Of a stretch of DNA of 64,000 bases, positions 34,601 through 48,800 are shown piece after piece (the first letter of the stretch is position 1; the number at the start of each line of letters is the position of its first letter). The position numbers and the translations under genes were made by a program. The stretch spans positions 18,476,001 to 18,540,000 of the forward strand of contig NC_083277.1 of the NCBI RefSeq assembly GCF_963506605.1. Direction: 5' to 3'. Source of the stretch: Zootoca vivipara. Its lineage: Eukaryota. Below the pieces are notes generated by a model that was not told the DNA's origin, searched no databases, and saw nothing but the letters and a program-made list of their open reading frames with translations.

Positions 34601-37600
34601 AACACATAACTAAGCAGCAAAACAATATAATGAGAACTACAGCACATTCATCCCTCAAAGGATTCTGGGTACTGTCGTCTCAGAGAGTTATCATTCCCAA
34701 CCACCCTTAACAACCTGCAGGGCCCAGAATTCTTTGAGTGAAAGAGCGAGCTTCGGATGTGCTTTAAAGATACAGCCAAAGTTCTCTATCAGAGTACAGT
34801 AAATAGACCATTGTAAAGACTAGACCCAAGTTAATTAACTTCAGCAGGTCTCCCCTGAGCATGACTAAAGTTAGAGGAAACCCACAATAAACAAAAACAT
34901 GTAAAATACTGAGAAAATGAGAACGTCTAAAAAAGTGTGGAAACAGTCATTCACAGCTGGTAATGTCAAGGTTGCCGGGAACAGTATCTCACAGCCATGG
35001 GATGCCTGGGTGAATAGGAATGTTTTGAAATCCCCCTGAAGGTTAATCCTGAGGGGAAAAGATGGACCTCAACCCAGTTTGGGAATCCCCAAAGCATTGT
35101 GTATCGACTCCATGACCCTGCCCTTGGCTCCAGCCATGGACGATTCAACACAGTTTCTTATGAGGCAGCTGTGAAACGAAACAGCCTTCCAAAGACTCTT
35201 GCCGCTGGCTGGTTAGTGCCTGGCAGTAACTTCAAAGCTCTGGGCGCATAACCATTTCAGGCATCTTGGACACTGCTTCCAAAAATGGAGAGTCACCACT
35301 GAGAAGGCCCCGTCATGGATCAACGCTAACTGGGGCCCATGTGGGAGCTGTGGTTTGTTAAGGGTGCTATTTCCCTCCCAGAGCTACAATTCCCAGAATC
35401 CCCCATGAAGAGGGAATGGTTTTTAACCACTCTGGGAACTGCATATTACTTGACTGATATATTAAGACTTTTGAGACTTTGTTACAGTGGGACCTTGGGT
35501 TACAAACACTTCGGGTTACAGACTCCGCTAACCCAGAAATAGTACCTCGGGTTAAGAACTTTACCTCAGGATGAAAAACAGAAATCGTGTGGTAGTGGCG
35601 CGGTGGCAGCAGCGGGAGGGCCCCATTAGCTAAAGTGGTACCTCAGGTTAAGAATGGTTTCAGGTTAAGAACGGACCTCCAGAACGAATTAAGCTCGTAA
35701 CCAGAGGTACCACTGTATTCTAGATCTAAGAACTTTGCCAGTGAATCTTATTTTTTAAATTATCTGAGGCAGGAGAGGACCACAGGACTGCCACGTGCAA
35801 ACTGCTGCTTTTCTTGTGAGGTTTATTCTCCCCGTCTGCTCTCTCCTCCGCGCACATTCTGCACCTCGGAAAATTAACATGTTGAGATTCACGACCAGCT
35901 GTAATAAATCTACAGGGGAGGAAAAGTGCTAGGTGGCAAGGGATGGCTTATAAAATGATTTAAGCTGGGTTGGGGGCTCCATCCCATAGAATCCTTTGCA
36001 CCCACTTTAATTTCCAAAATAGCTCTTTCCTCACACAATAATGCACAGCAAATGTGCTGCTGCAGGGCCTGTATAAGAAGGTGACCAGTTTATAAGGACC
36101 GGTGTTTACAGGCCAAAAGAGCCTCTGTCCTGCGAAAAGGACGGACTCTGCAGCTTGCAGTTGATGTCGCGGCTGGAAGGAGGCACTGTGGGAACCCTGA
36201 GGAAGGATTATGTGCCGGCAAATTCCTCCCCAAGCAGCCTAAAAGAGAGAATGTGGCAGCACCGGCTGGGCCACCCCTGCCTTGCCTCGCAGCAGGTGGA
36301 GCCCTGAGGTGGGGTGTGACCTGGGAATACATTCTCTCCAGGGGGCAGATTCCAGTGGCAGGGAGTGGCTACGAGCGAGCGGGCGACTGGACACACGAGA
36401 AGGCACCGCGGGACGGGCAGGAGCGAACCCGGCACTCAGCTAGCTGGAGACAGATCTCTCTTGCAGGAAAACGCCTGCCGTTCGAGATCAGGTGAGGCTT
36501 TACAAAGAACTGGCAGGGGTGGGCCTGGAAGGAACAGGGGGCTGCAGACAGATGGGCAAGAGTTTGGGGGGCTGGCAGAGGTTGTGAAAGCGGGCAAGTC
36601 CTCAAAAATGGGGCCAGCTGAGAGCAGAAGGTGCTCAATGCAGGAGCGAGAGAGGGGGAAGGTTTTTGATGTGGCTGGAAGCTGATTTCCGGGTGGCCCA
36701 CAGTATGCTGAAAACTATTCCTAGCAATGCACTCAGTGGATGCCGGGTGCCTGCTTGTTTGTTTTGGGCAATGGATATATTGGCATACGATTGTGATACA
36801 TCGGGTTTAAAACTGCCCCTCTGGGAAGGCGGTGGGCAACTATCCAATGCTAAGAACCTCCTCCTAAAAAACAGACAATGAATACAGTACCAACTGCACC
36901 CTTGCTTCTAGTCCCTGTGGTTCCAGGAAAACCTATGAAAGCCACTTCTGCTAATCGCTTAATATTTAGAATGGAATTGGTAGACAAGGAATGGTTGTAT
37001 TGCATAGATAGGGATTTCTAACGTCTGCAATAGTCCCATCCCATAACAAGGAAATCCCACGGCGGGCATATGGGAGCTGTTTGTAGTTATCCAGCAGTGT
37101 GAGGGAAGCGCACTCAGCATATGCTCAAGGGCACTCTGTCACAGGTGTGCCTGACTTCACATCTTCAGGGATTGCATACTCAATCTGGAAATGAGTTTTG
37201 TGGTCTGTGGTGGGTTCCAAGTCCAACAAAACTCTGTATTTTGAGATCACTCCTTTGCTTGGTCGCTGCTTCGAGGCCCTGCGATCCAGGGATGTGACCC
37301 TCGTCGTGTTTTCAGGTGGTCCCTAGGACCACAATTGAAATAGCAGAGGAAGGTGCTGAAGAGCCAGAGATTTCTTTGAAGAGGCTGTGCAAAAGAAAAA
37401 GAAAGAAAGAAAGAGCAAGCTAGCCTCTTCGGCAGCACCAAAAAAGAAAAGAAAAAAAAGGCTAGCCTCTTCAGCAGCGCAAGCAGCAGCAGCCATGGAA
37501 ACCTGAGAGCACTCCTGAGCTGCCTGTGTGTGTTTGTGAGCATATAGCTTTGCTTGATCAGGGCTATACAATAGAAAGACCAGTAGTGTAAATTAGGGAG

Positions 37601-39001
37601 CCTTTCTAGAAAGCAGGGGACCATTGGGTGGGATGGAGGTGGAGGAATGTAGTGGTACACAAAGAACAAGGCAAACAGAATAGTGCTCCTCGGTGTAATA
37701 ACTCCTGGGCTCTGTTTATATGTACTGCCTTTGCTCTGCTTGCATCCCATACTCCACGTCTGAAGCCACAGGTGAGCAATAATAGAGAAATACAGGACAA
37801 TCTGTACATGGGCTTCAGGTGTCTTAAGGACAGTGCCTATTACTCATTTCCCTGGCTGAAACACTGTTACCTTTTAAAGGAAGTCTCTCTAAAATTAGTT
37901 TAGGATATCTTTAGGTGCCAGGCAAAAGCATTCTTCTTCTCCCAGACCTTTGGCTAATGAAACTATGCATACATTTAAAACACATTCCCATTCCTTCTCT
38001 CACCCCATTTTTTAAAATTAAATCATCTGAAAAATCCAATTAAGAAAAATCCTGTGAAAAAATTCTGTTAAGAGTGCTGATAATTGGATGATTATGATTG
38101 TAACTTTTTATTATTGCAATTCAAATGTGAATCACCTTCTAAACCGCTGTCTCCATGCGATTTTCACGTGAGAGCTACACAACCGTAGCTGTGTGAATAT
38201 TCTTTAAGGAGAGGTGTATGTATGATTGAAAGTCTATGCAGCCCAGTTTTCAGCACCCTTCCTGAAGTGTCTTGGATACGGTACGCCGAGTCCTGTGAGG
38301 AACGCTTGGAAGCGCTGCATGAGTTTAGCCTGAATGGTTGCCTTCAAATACCTGAGGGGCTGTCATGCAGAAGATGTTGTTCCACAGGTCAGAACTAGAA
38401 CTAATCGGAGGAAATTGCAAGGAAGGAGGTGTTGGCTGAACCTTCTCAACAGCCCAAGCTCTTTCACGGTGCAGCACACAGCCCTCCGGAGAAGGTTGGA
38501 CCTTCCTTCACTGCAATTATTTAGGAAGAGGCTGGGCAGCTATCCATAGCTACATCTTGCAATGCAATCCTGCGTTAGGAACACAACAATGTTTTTCTAA
38601 GTATACTCTGTAGCACTCCCATTCAGTTTTAAATTTTTGGTTTGTTTGATTCCTGATGGCCTCTGTCATCTTTGCTAGTTCTAAGTATTCACATAATTTA
38701 ATTTGCCATTCTTCCTCTGTTGGAATTTTCTCTCCTTTCCAATTTTTGGCAATTAACATTCTTGCCGGAGGCAGCGATTTGTGTGCCATCCTGTGTTCAC
38801 TGCAACCAGCGCTGTTTCCATTCTGCTGCATTCTGGCTTCTGCTGAAATATACCATACATTGATCACAACTAATGCCCTTCAATGTATTTCAATGGAAAG
38901 GAAAGGGACAAAACAATGCCGGGGACAACATGGTTATTTATGTGTAACCATCTGCGGACTAAAAAATCCCAACGATCGCAAATGCCACTCACATTCATTT
39001 T

Positions 39002-39062
39002 CACGAAAGCTCATACCAAGAACAAACTTAGTTGGTCTCTAAGGTGCTACTGGGCAATTTTA
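39002..39062 (+). mobile_element. 5'-truncated copy of the same repeat (hammerhead 3' half only)
   Basis: cacGAAAgcTCataccaagaacaaacttagttggtctctaaggtgctactgg; the CUGAAGA half is absent. Confidence 0.7.
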
Positions 39063-39163
39063 AATTTTTTAAAATATATATTCATTTTCGTGGTTTCCAT
39101 TCCTGACCTCGGGCAAACATGAGAATTGCGGCAATTTCCAAATCCCATTTCCGATGTCCTGAG

Positions 39164-39470
39164 CAGTGGCGGAGGAAGCCGCTTGGGCGTCTGGAGCAGC
39201 GCGTCCAGGGGCGGGGTTGAGCCGCTCATAGGGGCTGGGCACACCGTGGGGCCTCTGGAATCTGCCCGCCTCCTCCCACTCAGCCGCCCTACAGCTGGTG
39301 GCGAGGCAGCGGGCGGACCGCTTGGGCAGCGCAGAGCCTGTGCGTGCCCGAACCACGCGTCTCTCCTGGGGCAGGCCCCACGGTGAGTGCCGCTTGGTAT
39401 TTTGTCACCCTCCTCAGTGGTGACACCCAGGGCGGTTCGCACCCACTGTACCCCCCTTCCTCTGCCCCTG
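39164..39470. mobile_element. GC-rich hAT-type MITE
   Basis: TIR CAGTGGCGGAGGAAG / CTTCCTCTGCCCCTG, 8-bp TSD GTCCTGAG. Confidence 0.8.
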
Positions 39471-40082
39471 GTCCTGAGTCTCGAGAAATCTGGGAAGATG
39501 GTGCCCCTGGCCTCTAGGGCATATGCTAAATGCCAGCCGCACCATTTGGCAGTCTGAGGCGGCTGCCTCAGGCAGCTGACTTTGGATGTCATAAAAAGGC
39601 AGACAGCTGTTAAGTCGTTCAGTTTATTGCTGTACTTGTACTGCCAGGGAGGGGAGAGGCACTTGTGGGAATCTGCCTCTGGTGCTCCGGAATCCAGATC
39701 CATTGACCTGCCTTGAATACTAGGCACTTTGTCTTGGGTCGGGGGTGCTATTTGTTCCTCTGCTGGCCCCCAAGGTTTCTTGGACTGGCCCTGATGAATG
39801 CAAGTGTACGTACATCAGCACTAAGACCTCATTGCAATACTTAGTCCCCTGTTTCAGTCTGGGTATTTGTAGCAACTGGCAGTTACAGTGTTTATTTATT
39901 TCATGAAAGCTATATACTGCTTTGAATGTAAACCTCAGAGCGGTTTACAAAAAAGGAATAAAGCAATAAAATTATTGCCAAAAAAATTAAAACCAGAATC
40001 TAAAACATACGGAAAGTTACAAACCCCACAACAGAGCAGACGAAAACAAATTACATCCCGTACGAACTTTCTAAACATCTGG

Positions 40083-40531
40083 GTAAAGGTAAAGGGACCC
40101 CTGACCATTAGGTCCAGTCGTGACCGACTCTGGGGTTGCGCGCTCATCTCACATTATTGGCTGAGGGAGCCGGCGTATAGCTTCCAGGTCATGTGGCCAG
40201 CATGACAAAGCCCCTTCTGGCGAACCAGAGCAGCACACGGAAACAACGTTTGCCTTCCCGCTGGAGCGGTCCCTATTTATCTACTTGCACTTTGACGTGC
40301 CTTCAAACTGCTAGGTTGGCAGGAGCTGGGACGAGCAACGGGAGCTCACCCTGTTGCGGGGATTTGAACCGCCGACTTTCTGATCGGCAAGCCCTAGGCT
40401 CTGTGGTTTAACCCACAGCGCCACCTGCCATAGCTGCCAAGTTTTCCCTTTTCTCGCGAGGAAGCCTATTCAGCATAATGGAAAATCCCTTTAAAAAAGG
40501 GATAACTTGGCAGCTATGCCACCTGCGTCCC
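40083..40531 (-). mobile_element. Sauria SINE with nested 90-bp hAT MITE
   Basis: ggtaaaggtaaagggacccctgacc tail; flanking direct repeat TAAACATCTGGGTA; MITE at 40429-40518. Confidence 0.88.
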
Positions 40532-43500
40532 TAAACATCTGGGTAGCCTTGTCTAAAAAAGAATGTCTTCAGCAGGCACCCAAAAATTATAGAGGTTGGT
40601 AATATTATAGTTACTAACATTAGTAGTATTATGGGTTAGGATTCCCTACCAATTACTGCAAGCCATTTACTGCAATATCTTTTATTCTGTATATTGCCTT
40701 TCACACACGATAACAAAGTGGTGTGCGGAAAGAAAAAATACAAGAGACCCACAAAATCCAGAATAAAACAACTTCCGCCAACTTGGGTGTGGGGAATCTT
40801 TTTCCGCCCAAGGGCCACATTTCCTTTGAGGTGACACTCTGGGGTCCGCATGCTGGTGGTGGGTGGAGCTAAAGTTAAAAATGGGTGGAGTAACTAATGT
40901 AATTTTTACCTTTGTACAGTGTGTGTATATAAGCTAGCCTGGGGTGCTATGGGAGAGGTAGTACCTCTCCTGCTCCTGGGGTAGTTTGTTCCACCTGGCA
41001 CTCAGCTCTCACCTGCTGCGCCTAGAAGCTGACAGTGGCCACACCCCAGGAAATGGCTTCAACTGGCCGGACAAAGCAGGTGAGGGAAGCCAATGGGTCT
41101 CAAACCCTCAGTGAGTTAGGGATTTCCCTTGCCTGCAAAGACAGGCTCTGGTGGATTGAGCAGATGAGACCAACAGTGGGTCCGATGGTCAAGAAGGCAG
41201 TTTCTGCATGTGCTGTAGAGGGACGTGAGGGGCAAGTGGGGCCTGCCAACCTGGGAAGGTAGCCCATCTAGGAGATGGAAAACTCTGATCCTAAACCTCC
41301 ACTGCATTGAGGGCCATATTGGGGAGAAGAAAAGGCTAAGGAGTAAACCCTGCTACACAAATCTGGAGTAGAGGTTCCTGGGACGGTTGGATAGCTCCTT
41401 GTATGCCTCCTTCCGGCAACTCCTGCAACCCAGCTGGTGCCAAACACATTGCTCTGCTTTCTTTTGGACCCCATCAATGAGACTGAGAGGGGAGTCTTGT
41501 CATCTGGGCAGTGGTTCTGCAGGAATGGTGCCAACTACAGAAAAGGCCAGCCCTCTCCTTGCCACTAGAATAAGCCTCGGCAGGTTGAGGCACGACCAGG
41601 AGAGCGTCGTCATCCTTTGAGGTTAGGGCAATTCTTTCTGGCTGTCAGTGGCTACCAGAAACAACTTTGTTTTGTTTTATTTACAAAGCTGCTTGTATGT
41701 CGCCATTCCACTGGTGTTGCTTGGGAATTTGAAGAAACCGAAAAATTCGGTGACATTTTGAACTCTCCGGTTAAAACCAGTGCAGGTTCAAAAGGTTCCA
41801 TTGGGCATCTTGCTTCAAAAAAGGATGCCTGGCTGAATCCAAACATAGAGGACAACCTGCGCCTTGATCTCAGGAGCCATCGTGCAGATTTGGGTTACGA
41901 TCTCTTAAGAGGTGCCCAAATACGTAGAAAAGGCAGAAACGGCTTTTCGAAATCTCTAGTAGAAGTGTGATTGTGGAGCAAGTGAAGGTGTGCAGAAGAG
42001 GCAGGTTGTGCATGTGTAGGTAGGTGTGCTCCTTTTTGTGAGTGTACCTGTTTGTTTTAAAAGCATCTCCTTCATCCTGCTCTTCAGCCAAAGCAGGCTG
42101 CTCAAGCTGTTTGCAAGTAACAGAAACAAGGCAGTCCCTGCCCTGAGGCAGGCAATCTTAAAAACACAACACAAAAGGGGAAATGATTTCAAGGCGGGGA
42201 AAGAACAACAGCCGGCTGGGAGTTTAGGTGCAGTAACAGCCAGCTGGGATGGAAAAATCCCAAGGAGAAGCAGACAGGCGCTGCTGGTCTTTCAGCAGTG
42301 CAGAAGGAGAGGCCTGCCAATCCCTTTCTCTCTCTCCTGAAGCCTGATGGATTGGAGTAGGTCTAGTTATTACACATACATTTGACCCTATTTTTACCTG
42401 TGAAAAGCTGTTGAACATTAACCTCAAAATCCACATGTCATTGTGCCACAGACTAAGGCCACCTTCACACCAAACATTTGAAAACTATGATGCCACTTTA
42501 AACAGTCAAGAATTATGGGAGCTGTTATTCATTAAGGGTGATGAGTGTTGTTAGGAAACCCTGTCTATTCCCCCTACAGAGCTACAATTCCTCAAGCGGT
42601 TTCAAAATCGATCTTCACAGGGAATGCTAGGAAATCATAGCTCTGTGAGCTGGATGCAAACGCTGCAAAAGCTGCCACAGGTTTGGAGGGGGTTCCAAAT
42701 TTTGGGGTTCGTAGTTAATTTTACTGGTGATATGGATTTCCCAGCAACCTCCAGCACCATAAACAAACTACATATACAGAACATACAACCACGAACCTGA
42801 GAAGAGCTGGATCAAGCCAGGGGCCCATCTAGCCCAGCTTCCTGTTCTTACAGTAGCCGACTAGATCCCCCTGGGTAACCCCCCAAGCAGGACCCGAGAT
42901 CAAGAGCCCTCTCCCCTCCTGCAATTTCCAGCAACTGGTATTCAGCAGCATTTCTGCCCCCAACCATGAAAGCAAAGCATAGCTGTGAGGTCTAAAAGCC
43001 ATGGATTGACTGATTCTCCAGGAGATAAATACAATATTCATGTTATGCACTCTTTCCCCATCTGAATGGATTTTGGTACACATTCTTTGGTTGGAGAACT
43101 GTATCGAAACATTTGCTGTTAAAAAGTGTCACCTGTTGTTCTGGAAAGTCGAAATCTGATAAATTTGGCTTCAAAAACAAACTGATTTTCGCTGCCACCC
43201 GGGGTTGCGAGGCTCAAATGAGATGAAGGCGGAAAACGAGCGACATAATTTCAATATTTCTTAGTGTGAGGTTTGAGATTCTCGTGATGTGGATCTTCCG
43301 GACCCCCAAGTAGAGGGCAGCGAGCGTATGTGCATGAATTGGGGACGACGACATTTTTTAAAAAGAGAAACCAGCAGCCCCTTCTGTGGTGCCTTTAACA
43401 GTAGCTTTCCATCGCTGCCTTTAGCAGGTGATAACGCTTATCTCCTTTCTGTGAAAAGCTTTTCTTACCAATCTGAGCAGAGCAGGGTCCTGTTAAAGCC

Positions 43501-43842
43501 ACAAAAGTTTTTCCCTCCTTCCTGCTCAAATTGGCAGCACTAGAGAGTTGCCAGAGGTTCGTTTGTTCATGAAATTATTCCGGATTTTGAAAGGAAGAGT
43601 TTATTACAGGAGAATAAGGATCTCGAAGGCAGAGTAGATGTTCCGTCTTTCAAAACACAACAGCTCCTAAAGTTGATGGTAAGCTGAAATAGGATGGGGT
43701 GTGCTTAGTGGAACTGATAGGGGGGAGGGCAATTGGATGGCCAGGTGTCCTGGCTGCACCTTTAACAGTGGGGCAAAACAAGGAATTTCCGCAGGGTGTC
43801 ACTTATTGTGTAACCTGCAGCTGCTGGACTTCCCTTGTTCTG

Positions 43843-44545
43843 TTGTTTAGTCGTTTAGTCGTGTCCGACTCTTTGTGACCCTATGGACCAGAGCATGCCA
43901 GGCACTCCTGTCTTGCACTGCCTCCCGCAGTTTAGTCAGACTCATGTTCGTAGCTTCGAGAACACTGCCCAACCATCTCGTCCTCAGTCGTCCCCTTCTC
44001 CTAGTGCCCTCAATCTTTCCCAACATCAGGGTGTTTTCCAAGGATTCTTCTCTTCTCATGAGGTGGCCAAAGTATTGGAGCCTCAGCTTCCCGATCTGTC
44101 CTTCCAGATCACTGAGGGCTGATTTCCTTCAGAATGGATAGGTTTGATCTTCTTGCAGTCCATGGGACTCTCAAGAGTCCTCCAGCACCATAATTCAAAA
44201 GCATCAATTCTTCGGCGATCAGCCTTCTTTATGGTCCAGCTCTCACTTCCATACATCACTACTGGGAAAACCATAGCTTTGACTATACGGACCTTTGTCA
44301 GCAAGGTGATGTCTCTGCTTTTTAAGATGCTGTCTAGGTTTGTCATTGCTTTCCCCCCAAGAAGCAGGCGTATTTTAATTTCGTGACTGCTGTCACTATC
44401 TGCAGTGATCAAGGAGCCCAAGAAAGTAAAATCTCTCACTGCCTCCATTTCTTCCCCTTCTATTTGCCAGGAGGTGATGGGACCAGTGGCCATGATCTTG
44501 GTTTTTTTGATGTTGAGCTTCAGACCATATTTTGCGCTCTCCCTT
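43843..44545 (-). mobile_element. BovB/RTE LINE, 5'-truncated
   Basis: MATGPITSWQIEGEEMEAVRDFTFLGS.ITAD...VKAMVFPVVMYGSESWTIKKA, frameshifted, with the 3' tail. Confidence 0.92.
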
Positions 44546-45849
44546 GTTCTACCTCACTCTTAAAGTTGCAGCCAGGACACCTGTCCTCTTTCGCACCTGA
44601 TCTGCTACCCCAGTCATGACTAAGTTCAGCATGCTACCTTGAGATGAAACATTTCCAGGAACTTCACAGGAAATGGAGAAGGGGATTTCACGGGGTGGGG
44701 AGGGGGTGACGCTTTGCAGAAAGCGAAAAGCCTTTGCAATCCTTGTTTTTAGCATGTTTCTCAATCCCACAGGACTCTGTGCCCCTTCTAAACCTGTGCG
44801 CGTGTATGTCTGTGGTAAAATGTATAAGATCAAGCTTGCCAAACGAGTTCCTTTGTCCCAGGTAATGGCTTTGGCTGGGATCCCGCTTAGATTAACAAAC
44901 CTTCCCCCAACCCTAGGGAGGATGCTGCTTGCTTCCTAGTGAAAGCAGTGTTCGGCGGGTCCAACATTTCTTCCAACAGAACAGGAACCTGTGGCTCCCC
45001 CGGTGTTTTGGACTACAACTCCCATCATCCCTGACCGTTAGCTGTGCTGGTTGGGGCTGATGGGAGCAGGAGTCCAACACCCGGAGGGCTGCAGGCTCCC
45101 TCCCCAGAGCTTTGCTGGAATGTGAGGAGAAACGTCTACATCAGGGGTCAGCAAACGTTATCAGCAGGGGGCCGGTCCATGGTTCCTCCGACCTTGTGGG
45201 GGGCCGGGCTATATTTTTTTGGGAAAAGAATGAATTCCTATGGCCCACAACTAACCCAGAGGTGCATTTTAAATAAAAGCAGACATTCTACTCATGTAAA
45301 AACACCAGGCAGGCTCCACAAATAACCCAGAGATGCATTTTAAATGAAAGGACACATTACTCATGTAAAAACACGCTGATTCGCCCGCAGGCCAGATTTA
45401 GAAGGCGACTGGGCCAGATTTAGAAGGCGATTGAGCCGGATCCGGCCCTTGGGCCTTAGTTTGCCTACCCTTGATCTACATAGTTAATGACCCAAGTTGG
45501 GAAACGCTTATGAAGCCTGCCTCAGATGAGGCCTAGTCCTTTGGGACTGGCAGAGAGGAATGGCAAACCAAGCTGATGGACTATGCCGAAATGGCAAAAC
45601 TGACCGGAACACTCAGAAACCAAGAGGACAAAAACTTTATAAAAGAATGGGGGAAATTCATAAGTTATTTAGGAGACCACAGGTGGAAACACTGGCAGGA
45701 TTTTGATTTCACTTGTAGTCTAACAAATACCATGGACAATATGGACTGATATAAAAGTTAAGAGAATGGAAGAATATGCAGTTGTAAATGTTAAAAATGG
45801 GACCCCATGGAGGGGGGGGGGAGTCATGAGATTTGGAGGAATCTCTGTA

Positions 45850-46186
45850 AAGGTAAAGGGACCCCTGACCATTAGGTCCAGTTGTGACTGACTCTGGGGT
45901 TACAGTGCTCATCTCGCTTTACTGGCCAAGGGAACCAGCGTACAGCTTCTGGGTCATGTGGCCAGCATTACAAAGCCGCTTCTGGCGAACCAGAGTAGCA
46001 CACGGAAACGCCGTTTACCTTCCCACTGTAGCGGTACCTATTTATCTACTTGCACTTTGACGTGCTTTCGAACTGCTAGGTTGGCAGGAGCTGGGACCTC
46101 ACCCCGTTGTGAGGATTTGAACCGCCGACCTTCTGATTGGCAAGCCCTAGGCTCAGTGGTTTAACCCACAGCGCCACCTGCGTCCC
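45850..46186 (-). mobile_element. Sauria SINE inserted into an L1-like 3' end (~45510-46300)
   Basis: Same family as 40083. The host encodes W..KL..YAEMAKLT..LRNQ..K.F..EW and ends in AATAAA plus an A-rich tail. Confidence 0.8.
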
Positions 46187-46799
46187 ATGGAGGGGGCAGT
46201 CGTGAGATTTGGAGGAATCTCTGTACATGGATTTATATATGGATTTTTATAACTTTGTATTTGTAAAAACAAATAAAAATGATTTCAAAAAGAAAAAGAG
46301 AAGGCTATGGTTTGGGATTGAGATGCCTTGTTTATAGGATGGGATGGGATGAGGGGGGTCATGGTAGTGCCGGCAGTGAATACCTTTATATAGGGCCAGT
46401 GAAATGCACTTTGATTATTATAGCAAAGAGGGCAGGCTATGGTAACTGATCTACGCCAGCACAGTGGCGCCTGTGGAGTGGGCTTGAGGAAGAACCAGCT
46501 GCTCTCAAAACTCAGTTCTGATAATATTTCTACAAGTGACTGGATATTTTTGAGGGGCAGCAAGATCATAATCTTGCTTCTGAATAACAGTTGCTAGAAA
46601 CCGCAGGAGAGGGAAGGTGATCTCACACTCGGATCCTGCTTGTGGGCTTCTCAAAGGTATCTGGTTGGTTGCTATGAGAAAACAGGAAGCTGGGCTAGAC
46701 ATGCCACTGGCTTGATCCTGCAGGCTCGTCCTCCTCCTCCTCCCTTCTCACATACTGCATCTGTGCTTGGTTTTCCAGCTGCACAGTCATGGACAGGAA

Positions 46800-47075
46800 G
46801 TGCTCAGAAGGTCATAACCACGGGCCAAAATATTAGCGGTCATCCTCTCCCATCTCTGGAAGAAGTATACAATTCCTATTGCCTTAAAAAAGCAAATAAT
46901 ATTTTTAGAAGATTAATCTCATCCTGGATATAGTCTTTTTGCACCATTGCCTTCGGGCAAGAGATACAGAACAATTAAATCAAGAACGAATAAATTAAAA
47001 AACAGCTTCTGTCCAAGAGCTATAACCATCTTAAATGCTGTAACTAAATAATATGATCTTGGGGAGTTGTGATGG

Positions 47076-47117
<42 letters not shown>

Positions 47118-47207
47118 CTGTAATTGTGTTTTTGTTTTTGTTTTTTTATGGGATGGAATTCAATTTCGTTGTACTATGTACAATGACAATAAAGTATCTA
47201 TCTATCT
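46800..47207 (+). mobile_element. Rex1/Babar LINE 3' end
   Basis: HPGYSLFAPLPSGKRYRTIKSRTNKLKNSFCPRAITILN, then AATAAA and a (CTAT)n tail. Confidence 0.75.
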
Positions 47208-48672
47208 TTCTCCTCTCTTTCATATTCATCGTGACTTCTGATCAGAACCCTGTGTGTTGACAGATGGTATGCATGTTGGCTGTCTTGATTGTGGAAGTGG
47301 CAGAAGAGGATGAGAGCCACTTTTTGCACATTCAGTCACATATTCTGCAAGTGTCCTCGCGGGAGTATGGCAGCGACTTTGGGCGTCGTGATCTTGCATG
47401 ATTTTGTGCCAAGATCTTGCCCCCTCCCTGCAAAAAGTGCTTTTTTTCAGGGCCGCAATCTTGTGCAGCGCTCTAAAACTCATGTTTTGGGGCACTGTGC
47501 TCTCGTGCAAGAGCAAAATACAAAGCATGTATTTTGGGCTCTGTGATCTTGGTTGGCCAGGAAGATGCAAGTCCCGGTTTGGGGACTGAACATGTTGGAG
47601 GGTATGCAGTCACACAATGTGGGGTGTCTGAATAGTGGCAATGAAAGCTCTCTTTATACATTACACAGGAAGTTGCCTTATAGATGGTTAGGCCATTGGT
47701 CTCTCTATCCCAGTGCTTCCAACACCAGTGTTTGGAAATATCTGTGGCCCTCCAGATGTTTCTGGACTGCAACTCCTGGCCAGGGAGGATGGGAGTTGTA
47801 GTCTGAGAAGCCTGAGAAGCCAACCCTGGTCTGCACTGACCAGCTGAGACGCTGCCGGATTTCACACAGGGTTTTGTCTCTTGGCCCAACCTGGAGATGC
47901 CATTGGGGACTGAACCTGGGATCTTCTGCATGCAAAGCAGATGTTCTACCCCTCAGCTATGGCTGAATTGCCTCTGGGAGGAGGCATCACGGTTACCAAG
48001 GGGCTGCATGTCCAGCCCAATTCTCAAGGTCACCTGCTTCTTCCCAGCTGTAGAGGTGCCTTGCACAATTGGAAGCCTGAACTTAGGGGGCTGGAAATTG
48101 TAGGGGGAGCCTGCATGAACAGAGAAGGTTCTTTGCTTCAGATGTTATCCCTTAGCATCCGAAGGCATGGTGCAACCTCGGGAGCTGGACTGAAACAGCA
48201 GGCCCTTTGTATCAGTGTTGCTCCTCCGTACGAGTAGCACATAAACGACGGCTGCAGGGGTGGCACAAATCGGGTGTTCTCAGACTATTGTTCTCAATTC
48301 CTGCATTGTCATTGGTTGAACTGGATGACCCTCAGGGTCCCTTCCAGCTCCACAATTCTATGATTCTACTAACGCTGGCAAGCATAAAATACAGTGGAAC
48401 CTCGGGTTGTGAACGTGACCCGTGCGGGAGGCACGTTTTCGACCCACAGCGTTTTCAACCCGTAGCGCGTGTCTGCGCACACGTGTGACGCGATTTGGCG
48501 CTTCTATGTATGCGCAAAGCACAATTTAGCACTTCTGCGCATGCGTGAGCGCCAAAACCCAGAAGTAACCCATTCCGGGACTTCCGGGTTCAGTGCGTCT
48601 GTAACCCGAAAATGAGCACCCGCAGAAATTGCAACCCGAGGTATGTCTGTATGTCAGACATGATTCTAGATT

Positions 48673-48800
48673 CAGGTAGGTAGCCGTGTTGGTCTGATGC
48701 TGTTGAAATAAATAATAAATAAGAAAATTAAAAAATTGTCCAGTAGCTCCTTAGAGGCCAACTAAGCTGGTTCTGGGTATAAGCTTTTGTGTGCATGCAG
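48673..48800 (-). mobile_element. Degenerate copy of the hammerhead-bearing Penelope-type repeat
   Basis: caggtaggtagccgtgttggtctg...ccagtagctccttagaggccaactaag...gtataagcttttgtgtgcatgca, similar to the 13015 units. Confidence 0.7.

Noticed and set aside
39047-39727. 226-aa minus-strand ORF
   Set aside because: It has a non-ATG start, runs through a GC-rich MITE and shows no homology I recognise.
40925-41480. RTE-like 5' region possibly containing an HDV-like ribozyme
   Set aside because: The family resemblance is vague and I could not build the nested double pseudoknot by eye.
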